From Escherichia phage NRG-P0074, in sequence record PQ480333.1: DNA of 64,000 bases; one strand, written 5' to 3'. The translations under genes were made by a program, and so were the position numbers. The first letter of the stretch is position 1. Each line of letters begins with the position of its first letter. Of the stretch, positions 39,128 through 47,980 are shown in pieces. A model generated the notes under the pieces. That model searched no databases. It worked only from the letters and a program-made list of their open reading frames with translations, and had not been told where the DNA came from.

Positions 39128-39691
39128 ATGAACTTATTTGATGATGACGTCCAACTTAACGAGCACCAAATTGCATGGAAGTCTAATGACGCTGATGCGA
39201 TTCAAAAATGTGCTGATATGTTTAAAGAAAAACCTGAGAATGAATTCTTTAAAATCATTAATGCTATTAATGAAAAGAAATCTATGTCAATTGCTCAGGT
39301 CGACTACTCAAAATTTATGGTTGAGAACTCATTATCCCAGTTTCCAGAATGTATGCCCGCAGTTTACATGATGAACTTGGTCGGTTCTGAATTAAGTGAT
39401 GAAGCACACTTCAACTACATGATGGCCGCCATTCCGCGTGGTCGTCGATTCTCTAAATGGGCTAAACTAGTCGAAGACACTTCAGAGTTACTAGTTATCA
39501 AACTGTTGATGAAACATTACACAATCAACATGAATGATGCTACCGAGTATAAGCGGCTCCTTGAAAAAAATAACAAGTTGCCAATAGTCCTTAAAGAACT
39601 GAAGGCCATGGTCACTGATGAGTTTCTCAAAGAAGTTACAAAAAATGTGAAAGAACAAAAACAATTTAAAAAATTAGCATTGGAATGGTAA
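39128..39691 (+). CDS. 62: clamp loader small subunit gp62
   Basis: 187 aa immediately after 44; synteny and size. Confidence 0.9.
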   Translation: MNLFDDDVQLNEHQIAWKSNDADAIQKCADMFKEKPENEFFKIINAINEKKSMSIAQVDYSKFMVENSLSQFPECMPAVYMMNLVGSELSDEAHFNYMMAAIPRGRRFSKWAKLVEDTSELLVIKLLMKHYTINMNDATEYKRLLEKNNKLPIVLKELKAMVTDEFLKEVTKNVKEQKQFKKLALEW

Positions 39692-39693
39692 AA

Positions 39694-40062
39694 ATGATCG
39701 AAATTAAATTGAAGAACCCCGAAGATTTTCTGAAAGTCAAAGAGACTTTGACCCGTATGGGCATCGCTAATAACAAGGATAAAGTTCTTTATCAGTCCTG
39801 TCATATCCTCCAAAAGCAAGGTAAATACTACATCGTCCACTTTAAAGAAATGCTGCGTATGGATGGACGTCAGGTTGATATTGACGGTGAAGACTATCAG
39901 CGACGTGATTCGATTGCCCAGTTGCTTGAAGACTGGGGATTGATTGTTATTGAAGACTCTGCTCGTGAAGATCTGTTTGGCCTGACTAATAACTTCCGTG
40001 TTATCTCTTTTAAACAGAAAGATGACTGGACTTTGAAAGCAAAATATACAATTGGTAATTAA
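39694..40062 (+). CDS. regA: translational repressor RegA
   Basis: MIEIKLKNPEDFLKVKETLTRMGIANNKDKVLYQSCHILQK matches T4 RegA as I recall it. Confidence 0.93.
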   Translation: MIEIKLKNPEDFLKVKETLTRMGIANNKDKVLYQSCHILQKQGKYYIVHFKEMLRMDGRQVDIDGEDYQRRDSIAQLLEDWGLIVIEDSAREDLFGLTNNFRVISFKQKDDWTLKAKYTIGN

Positions 40063-40067
40063 AGCAA

Positions 40068-40097
40068 TGGGACTTCGGTCCCATTTGGAGTATAATA
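40068..40097 (+). promoter_or_regulatory. stem-loop (TGGGAC-TTCG-GTCCCA) followed by TATAAT; terminator/promoter module before gene 43
   Basis: Hairpin 40068-40083, TTT, then TATAAT 40091-40096. Confidence 0.45.
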
Positions 40098-40143
40098 AGT
40101 TCATCAACAAACAAAAGACAATAACTCGTCTAAAGGAAATTAA

Positions 40144-42855
40144 ATGAAAGAATTTTACTTAACGGTTGAACAGATTGGTGATTCAATTTTTGAACGTTAC
40201 ATCGATTCTAATGGCCGTGAACGTACTCGTGAAGTAGAATATAAACCATCACTGTTTGCTCATTGTCCAGAAAGTCAGGCTACGAAATATTTCGATATCT
40301 ACGGTAAACCGTGTACTCGTAAGTTGTTCGCTAATATGCGTGATGCCTCCCAATGGATTAAACGCATGGAAGATATCGGACTTGAAGCACTTGGCATGGA
40401 CGATTTCAAATTGGCGTATTTGTCTGACACTTATAACTATGAAATCAAATACGACCATACAAAAATTCGTGTGGCTAACTTCGACATCGAAGTAACATCT
40501 CCGGATGGGTTCCCTGAGCCGTCACAAGCAAAACATCCGATTGATGCTATCACCCACTATGACTCAATTGACGACAGGTTCTACGTATTTGATCTATTGA
40601 ATTCTCCATACGGTAATGTGGAAGAATGGTCTATTGAAATCGCTGCTAAGCTTCAAGAACAAGGTGGTGATGAAGTTCCATCCGAAATTATCGATAAAAT
40701 CATTTATATGCCGTTCGATAACGAAAAAGAATTGTTGATGGAATATCTCAACTTCTGGCAACAGAAAACTCCTGTCATTTTGACTGGATGGAACGTTGAG
40801 TCATTTGATATTCCATATGTGTATAACCGAATCAAGAATATTTTTGGCGAATCTACTGCGAAACGTTTATCACCACATCGTAAAACTCGTGTTAAAGTTA
40901 TCGAAAACATGTATGGTTCTCGTGAAATCATTACATTGTTCGGTATCTCTGTTCTTGATTACATTGACCTTTACAAAAAATTCTCTTTTACCAATCAACC
41001 GTCGTATTCTCTGGATTACATTTCAGAATTTGAATTGAACGTTGGTAAACTGAAATATGACGGTCCTATTTCTAAACTTCGCGAAAGTAATCATCAACGA
41101 TATATAAGCTATAACATCATCGACGTATATCGTGTATTGCAAATTGATGCTAAGCGTCAGTTCATTAACTTGAGCTTGGACATGGGTTATTATGCTAAGA
41201 TACAGATTCAATCTGTGTTTAGCCCAATTAAAACATGGGATGCTATTATTTTTAATAGCCTTAAAGAGCAGAACAAGGTGATTCCACAAGGTCGTTCTCA
41301 CCCGGTTCAACCTTATCCTGGCGCTTTTGTTAAGGAACCTATTCCAAATCGATACAAATATGTAATGAGTTTCGACCTTACATCTCTGTATCCAAGTATT
41401 ATTCGCCAAGTGAATATTAGCCCAGAAACAATAGCAGGAACGTTTAAAGTAGCTCCATTGCATGATTATATTAACGCTGTTGCTGAACGTCCTTCTGATG
41501 TGTACAGTTGTTCTCCTAACGGCATGATGTATTATAAAGACCGTGACGGTGTTGTTCCAACTGAAATCACTAAAGTCTTTAATCAACGTAAAGAACATAA
41601 AGGTTACATGCTTGCGGCTCAACGTAATGGTGAAATAATTAAAGAGGCATTGCATAATCCTAATCTTTCTGTTGACGAACCGTTAGATGTTGATTATCGT
41701 TTCGACTTCAGTGATGAGATTAAAGAAAAGATTAAAAAGTTGTCTGCTAAATCTCTTAATGAAATGTTGTTTAGAGCTCAACGTACTGAAGTTGCAGGTA
41801 TGACTGCCCAAATTAACCGTAAATTGCTTATCAACTCACTTTATGGTGCACTTGGAAACGTTTGGTTCCGTTATTATGATTTGCGTAATGCTACTGCAAT
41901 CACAACATTTGGTCAAATGGCTTTACAGTGGATTGAACGTAAAGTTAATGAATATCTGAATGAAGTTTGTGGTACAGAAGGCGAAGCTTTCGTTCTTTAT
42001 GGTGATACAGACTCCATTTACGTATCTGCAGATAAAATTATTGATAAGGTTGGTGAATCTAAATTCCGTGATACCAACCATTGGGTAGACTTCTTAGATA
42101 AGTTCGCTCGTGAACGTATGGAACCTGCTATTGATAGAGGTTTCCGTGAAATGTGCGAATACATGAACAATAAACAACACTTAATGTTCATGGACCGAGA
42201 AGCTATCGCTGGTCCTCCGCTCGGTTCTAAAGGTATTGGTGGATTTTGGACTGGTAAGAAACGTTATGCATTAAACGTGTGGGATATGGAAGGTACTCGT
42301 TACGCTGAGCCTAAACTCAAAATCATGGGACTAGAGACTCAGAAATCTTCGACCCCTAAAGCAGTACAGAAAGCTCTTAAAGAATGTATTCGTCGTATGC
42401 TTCAAGAAGGTGAAGAATCATTACAAGAATATTTTAAAGAGTTTGAAAAAGAATTCCGTCAATTGAATTATATTAGCATCGCGGCGGTATCTTCTGCGAA
42501 TAACATTGCTAAATATGATGTAGGTGGATTCCCTGGTCCTAAATGCCCGTTCCATATTCGCGGAATTCTGACGTATAACCGGGCTATCAAAGGTAATATC
42601 GATGCACCGCAAGTTGTAGAAGGTGAAAAAGTATATGTTCTGCCTTTACGTGAAGGAAACCCATTCGGTGATAAATGTATCGCATGGCCTTCTGGTACTG
42701 AAATCACAGATTTAATTAAAGACGACGTACTTCATTGGATGGACTACACTGTTCTCCTTGAGAAGACATTTATTAAACCACTTGAAGGATTCACATCAGC
42801 AGCGAAACTCGATTACGAGAAGAAAGCATCTCTGTTCGATATGTTCGATTTTTGA
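40144..42855 (+). CDS. 43: DNA polymerase gp43 (family B)
   Basis: 903 aa; exonuclease motifs FDIEV, YNIIDV; polymerase motifs DLTSLYPSI, YGDTDS; N-terminus MKEFYLTVEQIGDSIFERYIDSNGRERTREVEYKPSLFAHCPESQATKYFDIYGKPC corresponds to the RB69-type polymerase as I remember it. Confidence 0.98.
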   Translation: MKEFYLTVEQIGDSIFERYIDSNGRERTREVEYKPSLFAHCPESQATKYFDIYGKPCTRKLFANMRDASQWIKRMEDIGLEALGMDDFKLAYLSDTYNYEIKYDHTKIRVANFDIEVTSPDGFPEPSQAKHPIDAITHYDSIDDRFYVFDLLNSPYGNVEEWSIEIAAKLQEQGGDEVPSEIIDKIIYMPFDNEKELLMEYLNFWQQKTPVILTGWNVESFDIPYVYNRIKNIFGESTAKRLSPHRKTRVKVIENMYGSREIITLFGISVLDYIDLYKKFSFTNQPSYSLDYISEFELNVGKLKYDGPISKLRESNHQRYISYNIIDVYRVLQIDAKRQFINLSLDMGYYAKIQIQSVFSPIKTWDAIIFNSLKEQNKVIPQGRSHPVQPYPGAFVKEPIPNRYKYVMSFDLTSLYPSIIRQVNISPETIAGTFKVAPLHDYINAVAERPSDVYSCSPNGMMYYKDRDGVVPTEITKVFNQRKEHKGYMLAAQRNGEIIKEALHNPNLSVDEPLDVDYRFDFSDEIKEKIKKLSAKSLNEMLFRAQRTEVAGMTAQINRKLLINSLYGALGNVWFRYYDLRNATAITTFGQMALQWIERKVNEYLNEVCGTEGEAFVLYGDTDSIYVSADKIIDKVGESKFRDTNHWVDFLDKFARERMEPAIDRGFREMCEYMNNKQHLMFMDREAIAGPPLGSKGIGGFWTGKKRYALNVWDMEGTRYAEPKLKIMGLETQKSSTPKAVQKALKECIRRMLQEGEESLQEYFKEFEKEFRQLNYISIAAVSSANNIAKYDVGGFPGPKCPFHIRGILTYNRAIKGNIDAPQVVEGEKVYVLPLREGNPFGDKCIAWPSGTEITDLIKDDVLHWMDYTVLLEKTFIKPLEGFTSAAKLDYEKKASLFDMFDF

Positions 42856-42895
42856 TATAATGACATGGACGGTAAACTAATTAAATGAGAGAAAT

Positions 42896-43531
42896 ATGAA
42901 AACTACTCCTATTACTATCGCTATTGACGCAATCATAAAACAAGCTTCTTCTTTGGCCGCTATGGCCAAAGTAATTAGTCAAAACCCTGCTCGTTATAAT
43001 GCTATTCTAGAAACTCTTCGACGCCCGGGACTTAGTAATTATGAAAGCCGAGTAATTATTACAGGTGTTGGTAAGAATGCTAATATTGCAACTAAAGCTT
43101 CTGAGACATTTGCTTCACTCGGTATCCCGAGTATGTACTTGAACACTGGGCATTATTCTCACGGTGATGCAGGATTCATTGCGCCTAATGACGTGTTGAT
43201 TCATATTAGTCGTTCTGGTAAAACTGAAGAAATGATAGGCGTGGCTAAGCATCTTAAAATGATTCGACCGAACGTCAAACAGATTCTGTTGCATTGTAAC
43301 CCAGACATTCCACAAGAAAATGAAGCCCTTTTTGATTACTCTTTCTGTACAGGCATCGCAGTAGAGGTTGATGAGAATTCTCTGGCTCCGACTATGTCCA
43401 CTACATTGTTGTTAGCGCTTATCGATACGTTCGCTATCAACCTTTCGTCTGAACGTGGATTTACCTCTAATGACTTCCTTAAGTTCCACCCTGGTGGTGC
43501 ACTAGGTGCCATGTTACGAGGCGAACAATGA
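42896..43531 (+). CDS. SIS-domain sugar-phosphate isomerase, KdsD/GutQ-like (putative D-arabinose-5-phosphate isomerase), no CBS domains
   Basis: VIITGVGKNANIATKASETFASLGIP, HGDAGFIAPNDVLIHISRSGKTEE, LAPTMSTT and FLKFHPGGALG align by eye with E. coli KdsD SIS-domain motifs. Confidence 0.8.
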   Translation: MKTTPITIAIDAIIKQASSLAAMAKVISQNPARYNAILETLRRPGLSNYESRVIITGVGKNANIATKASETFASLGIPSMYLNTGHYSHGDAGFIAPNDVLIHISRSGKTEEMIGVAKHLKMIRPNVKQILLHCNPDIPQENEALFDYSFCTGIAVEVDENSLAPTMSTTLLLALIDTFAINLSSERGFTSNDFLKFHPGGALGAMLRGEQ

Positions 43532-43671
43532 AAGCAATAACAATAGGACTTTTACTATTGATGCTTGTCATGACTATCTACTGGAGCTTAACGGCTCCAG
43601 TAATGATTCCAACACTTGTAATTGGATGGATTATGATTGGACTACAAGCAAAGTATGAATGCTTTAACTAG
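43528..43671 (+). CDS. hypothetical small hydrophobic peptide (47 aa, below ORF-track cutoff)
   Basis: ATGA overlap with SIS gene stop; two predicted TM helices (ITIGLLLLMLVMTIYW, MIPTLVIGWIMIGL). Confidence 0.3.
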   Translation: MKAITIGLLLLMLVMTIYWSLTAPVMIPTLVIGWIMIGLQAKYECFN

Positions 43672-43712
43672 AATAGTGTACAATACTCCTACTTACCAAT
43701 GAGGACTTCAAC

Positions 43713-45398
43713 ATGAAAAAAGCTGTTATTCTTGGTGCTGGACTGGCAACTCGTTTATATCCAATAACGCATCATATTCCTAAGGTGCTTGTTAACTATA
43801 AACAAGACACTATTCTGAGCAATTTGTATACAATTTATTCTGACCTTGGCGCAGATGAAATTATTGTAGTAGTTCATTCAAAATTTGCTGAAACTGTTCG
43901 AGCTTATTGTGAGCAAGAAGGGTTCAATGTGACTATTCGTACAGTTGATGAAGCGTATGGTTCTGCTTATGCTCTTGCTAAATTACACAAAGATTTAGAC
44001 GGCCATAATGTAATTGTTAACTGGTGTGATATTATTCCGGATTTTGGTTCATGGTCTTGGAATGTTAACGCAATCTATGTTAAGGGTGACGAATGTCGAT
44101 ATAATTTCGACGGTGAAAATATCACTAACGTAGGTTCAACAGGTGGTAATGTTGTAGGAATTTATCAGTTCAAAGACTGGGAATTCTATATGGGTTCTAC
44201 TGATGAGGAAATTCATGAATACTGCAAAGGACGTGATTTCGTAGAATTCCTTTACGGCAGCGCATTCAATAAATCAGAGCTTATGAATCTAATTGATTTA
44301 GGTGATATGCCTAAACTTGAAAAAGCTCATGAAGTTCGTGAACTTAATCGTAGTTTTAATGCAGTTGAAATTGGTGAAGAAACTGTAACTAAATTCGCAT
44401 TAACCGAACAGGGACGAGCTCTTCAGAAAGATGAGATTTCATGGTATCTTAAAGTGAAATCAGATTCAGTTCCTCAGTTAGTTTCTGTTAATGAAAATAA
44501 CTTTGAAATGGAACGCATTAAAGGTAAGCCGGCATTTGAATATATTAAATCCAAATCAAGTCTTGCTCGTCCACAAATTGTTGATGCAATTTTAGATGCA
44601 CTGAAATTCAGCACAGACACTTATTTTGTAAGTCCTGAAACTGTTCGTCGTGATTTCACTAAAGAATTCTATACGAAAGTTATTGATCGTTGTGAAAGCA
44701 TTCAACCATTGATTGATTCATTTGGTAAAATCACACATGTGAACTACACTAAGATTGGACGTCTGAAGCCAATGCTGAAACAAGCTTTAGAACATCTTAT
44801 TCGTTATCATAACCGTTCTCAGGGACAGTACTCTGTTATTCATGGTGACCCGAACTTCAGTAATACTATGATTACTGATAACGGCGAAGTTAAGTTTATC
44901 GACCCTCGTGGATATTTTGGCGAAACCAAGATTTACGGGCCAAAATTGTACGATGAAGCTAAAGTGCTTTATGCTGTTTCAGGTTATGATGAATTCAACG
45001 CTAATCCGACCTGGGGACAGTTTACTATTGATGAAACAACTTGTAATGTGACTATTAACATCAATCCATTAGTTTACAAATATGGAAAGATGAGTTCGTT
45101 TAACGAGTATCATCATTTGGCAGTGGCAATTATCTGGATTGCATTAGGTGGTTATTTCAAGAATAATCCACTTAAAGCGGTAGCCGCATATTATAAAGGT
45201 ATGGAACTTCTGACTAAGCAATTACGTAACATGGGCCGTGTACTTCAGGACGGCTCTATTAGTTATGACGTAGCAGAACCTGTAACGGCTACTCTGATTA
45301 CAAAAAATCCTGGTAAATGGGTACTAACTGATAAAGAAACTGGTGTTTCCTATCGTCCAATCGGTGGCGATATCACTCATCAATGGGAACGAATTTGA
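43713..45398 (+). CDS. bifunctional sugar-1-phosphate nucleotidyltransferase / sugar kinase (APH-MtnK-like)
   Basis: N-term RmlA/GalU-like ILGAGLATRLYPIT...PK; C-term protein-kinase-like catalytic loop VIHGDPNFSN and metal-binding IDPRGYFG. Confidence 0.7.
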   Translation: MKKAVILGAGLATRLYPITHHIPKVLVNYKQDTILSNLYTIYSDLGADEIIVVVHSKFAETVRAYCEQEGFNVTIRTVDEAYGSAYALAKLHKDLDGHNVIVNWCDIIPDFGSWSWNVNAIYVKGDECRYNFDGENITNVGSTGGNVVGIYQFKDWEFYMGSTDEEIHEYCKGRDFVEFLYGSAFNKSELMNLIDLGDMPKLEKAHEVRELNRSFNAVEIGEETVTKFALTEQGRALQKDEISWYLKVKSDSVPQLVSVNENNFEMERIKGKPAFEYIKSKSSLARPQIVDAILDALKFSTDTYFVSPETVRRDFTKEFYTKVIDRCESIQPLIDSFGKITHVNYTKIGRLKPMLKQALEHLIRYHNRSQGQYSVIHGDPNFSNTMITDNGEVKFIDPRGYFGETKIYGPKLYDEAKVLYAVSGYDEFNANPTWGQFTIDETTCNVTININPLVYKYGKMSSFNEYHHLAVAIIWIALGGYFKNNPLKAVAAYYKGMELLTKQLRNMGRVLQDGSISYDVAEPVTATLITKNPGKWVLTDKETGVSYRPIGGDITHQWERI

Positions 45399-46144
45399 TA
45401 CATTATCTCTACAAAACTACTAATCTTATAAACGGTAAAGTTTATTTAGGAATGCACTCGGCTGAAGAAGCCGAGCCTTTAGATTTATATAAAGGTTCTG
45501 GTAAATTATATAAAAAGGCTGAAAGGAAATACGGGAAGGAAAATTTTCTTAAAGAAATCATTTCCTACCATAGCTCGAGAGAAGAATTAAAAATAGCTGA
45601 AAAGGCTCTAATAACATTAGACATAGTTAAAGACCCAAATTATTACAATCTTAAAACTGGTGGCGAAGGCGGTTCTGACGGGTTATCCCAAAGGTCCAAG
45701 GATAAAATTTCTAAGGCAAATAAAGGACGTTTAGTTGGTGATAAAAACCCAAGATGGGGTAAAACTTTGTCAGCTGAATCTATAGCTAGGGGTAAAGAAA
45801 AGCACAGGAGGTATGGTAAACCTGCATTACATGGTCTAAAGATTAATGTAGATGGCAAATATTATGAATCCTGTCGGGAAGCGGCTAAAGATTTGGGTAT
45901 ATCTTCTGCCACGATTCAAAAGAGAGTAAAATCGCCTAAATATCTTAATTATCGATATCAGGACGAAAGCAAAAATGCTCACAAGTCTCAAAAATTTGTT
46001 AAAATAAACGAAAATTACTATGAATCTCTTAGGATAGCTGAAAAGAAAACGGGTATTCCTAGAAAGCGTATAGCTGATAATATTAAAAATTCTATTGAAG
46101 GATATTGCTATGAAACCATTACATCTTTGCGTGGACGTCGATGA
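45383..46144 (+). CDS. GIY-YIG homing endonuclease (Seg-like), free-standing mobile gene
   Basis: N-terminal GIY-YIG module HYLYKTTNLINGKVYLGMH; Lys-rich C-terminal DNA-binding region; overlaps both neighbours. Confidence 0.7.
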   Translation: MGTNLIHYLYKTTNLINGKVYLGMHSAEEAEPLDLYKGSGKLYKKAERKYGKENFLKEIISYHSSREELKIAEKALITLDIVKDPNYYNLKTGGEGGSDGLSQRSKDKISKANKGRLVGDKNPRWGKTLSAESIARGKEKHRRYGKPALHGLKINVDGKYYESCREAAKDLGISSATIQKRVKSPKYLNYRYQDESKNAHKSQKFVKINENYYESLRIAEKKTGIPRKRIADNIKNSIEGYCYETITSLRGRR

Positions 46145-46484
46145 TTGTATAACAGAGTGGAATAACAATCGTGATTACGTGAACTTCAAACCAGACGTCG
46201 AAATGGTGACTGCCATTAATGCCCTGTATGATGCAGGGCATACCATAACGCTTTACACTGCTCGCGGTATGAAGTCAGTAGGTCCTGGTCGTATAGCAAT
46301 TGACATTCTCCCGAGTCTGATTCAGAACTTGGCAAACATTGGCTTGAAGTACCATAATTTGCTAACACATAAACCAGTATATGATTGGATTATCGACGAC
46401 AAAGCTATGCGTCCTGACGAATTCAAAGCTCTTATGAATAAAGGCGAATTCGAAACATTTAAATCATATAAACCGAATCTATAA
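46110..46484 (+). CDS. putative HAD-superfamily phosphatase (small, KdsC-size)
   Basis: Motif I-like LCVDVDDCIT, motif II LYTAR, motif III K in THKP, motif IV IIDDK; alternative start 46095. Confidence 0.45.
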   Translation: MKPLHLCVDVDDCITEWNNNRDYVNFKPDVEMVTAINALYDAGHTITLYTARGMKSVGPGRIAIDILPSLIQNLANIGLKYHNLLTHKPVYDWIIDDKAMRPDEFKALMNKGEFETFKSYKPNL

Positions 46485-46541
46485 TAATTTAAGTAAGACC
46501 TGCAAAAACCATCGCATCAATTAACGTGAGATGCAAAAAAA

Positions 46542-47702
46542 ATGAATACTTTTAAAATCGGAACGAATTTTGATTTAGCTCTTCTTGATAAAATCGTAGA
46601 GCTCAATAAAACTTATCCTAATAGCTTGATAAACGAAGTATACGGCTCTACAAGAGAAATGGCTTTTGTAGCAGCCAGACCTGATTTTAGGCTTCCTGAC
46701 GTTGACAAAAAGATGTTAGAAGATTACGTTAAACGTTGTAACGAATTAGGTATTTGCTTTAACTATACACTCAACACGATAAATCCTGGTTCAAAAAGAG
46801 AACTAGTTGAGTGGAAGAAGAAAGCTATTCAGGATTATGTTCAGTATCTTTGGTCAATAGGCGTATGGCGTATTACTATCGCTAACCCTGTTGTTATGGA
46901 AATTGTTCGTGAAGTCAATAAAGACATTGAGATTGAAGTTTCAACAATTCTACATGTCGATGCTGTAACTCAAATCAAATACTTGCATGACCAATATAAT
47001 ATCAAAAAGGTCTGCTGTGGAATTCATAAGAACCGTTCAGTTTCTTTCCTGAAGCGTGCAGCAGAGTTTTGCAATAAGAACAATATAATATTTGAAGTTC
47101 TTGTAAATGAGTTCTGTTCTAATGCTGGTAAAGGGTATACAACACATTGTAGCTATCGTGACTCTTGCTATATTTTCCATAGTACTGATGTTACAGCTGA
47201 TGATGCTAAATCCTTAAACGGATATCCTATGCAGCACTGTATTAAAGCTCGTGATACAGACCCATTTAACTGGTTGAGAACTCGTTTTGTTCGTCCTCAA
47301 GATTTGAAACTTTATAATGATATTGGTATCACTCAATTCAAAGTTTCAGGACGTACAGGTAGCACAGACTACATTTTGAAAGTTCTTGAAGCATACGCTT
47401 CTGAAAAGTTTGAAGGTAATTTGTTAGAACTGTGGAAGCCTTTAGAGACTATTTTCACTCTTGAAAACGAAACTGAGTTTTCACATACAGTAAATATTGA
47501 AACCTCTTTGTTAGATGGCTTTTTAGAAAAAAGGTGGTTCAGACATCCAGATTTCGATTGTGCTAATGAAATCTGCGGGACGACGTGTACATATTGTGAA
47601 AGATATTATAAACGTCAATTATCTAAAAACGGGTTAGCAGAAAACTCTATATCTATTATTGATATAACTAACTCTGATGACGCTTTGAGGTACCCGGAAT
47701 GA
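46542..47702 (+). CDS. hypothetical Cys-rich protein (possible Fe-S/metal-binding enzyme, U32-like fold not excluded)
   Basis: 386 aa; Cys cluster EFCSNAGKGYTTHCSYRDSC and C-terminal CANEICGTTCTYC; no Rossmann or radical-SAM CxxxCxxC. Confidence 0.55.
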   Translation: MNTFKIGTNFDLALLDKIVELNKTYPNSLINEVYGSTREMAFVAARPDFRLPDVDKKMLEDYVKRCNELGICFNYTLNTINPGSKRELVEWKKKAIQDYVQYLWSIGVWRITIANPVVMEIVREVNKDIEIEVSTILHVDAVTQIKYLHDQYNIKKVCCGIHKNRSVSFLKRAAEFCNKNNIIFEVLVNEFCSNAGKGYTTHCSYRDSCYIFHSTDVTADDAKSLNGYPMQHCIKARDTDPFNWLRTRFVRPQDLKLYNDIGITQFKVSGRTGSTDYILKVLEAYASEKFEGNLLELWKPLETIFTLENETEFSHTVNIETSLLDGFLEKRWFRHPDFDCANEICGTTCTYCERYYKRQLSKNGLAENSISIIDITNSDDALRYPE

Positions 47703-47938
47703 TTTCTAGAAAAACTTTTAACCACCAACTTAATGAAGAGATTTTGACTATGAAACTGAACACTAATGAACAAATTCTTAAAAAGGCCCTGATGGGCCTG
47801 TTTGAAACTAAAGCGGCTAAAGTGATTAAAGAACCTGTTCAATTGGAATACTACGCTGATGCATTTCTTCATAGTGTTCTTGGAAGTATCGATGCTGAAG
47901 CTTTACGTTATATCAACATTGTCAAGAAATTCAAATAA
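47699..47938 (+). CDS. hypothetical protein
   Basis: 79 aa ATGA-coupled ORF upstream of gene 42. Confidence 0.45.
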   Translation: MISRKTFNHQLNEEILTMKLNTNEQILKKALMGLFETKAAKVIKEPVQLEYYADAFLHSVLGSIDAEALRYINIVKKFK

Positions 47939-47980
47939 GCTTTACGAATTGAGTATATAATAAATTGTATTGAGGTAAAC

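Noticed and set aside
41023-41655. 210-aa ORF on the minus strand inside gene 43
   Set aside because: Lies entirely antisense within the well-supported DNA polymerase gene; no RBS or promoter context; treated as a spurious antisense frame. The same applies to other minus-strand ORFs such as 39517-40110, 36814-37266, 6348-6692, 5851-6192 and 255-476.
42896-47702. Alternative reading of the cassette as a CMP-Kdo pathway (KdsD, KdsA, KdsC, KdsB)
   Set aside because: No DAHP-synthase-like KdsA sequence is present, and the nucleotidyltransferase is fused to a kinase domain, which fits a salvage-type anomeric kinase route better than Kdo activation. Kept only as a less likely alternative.
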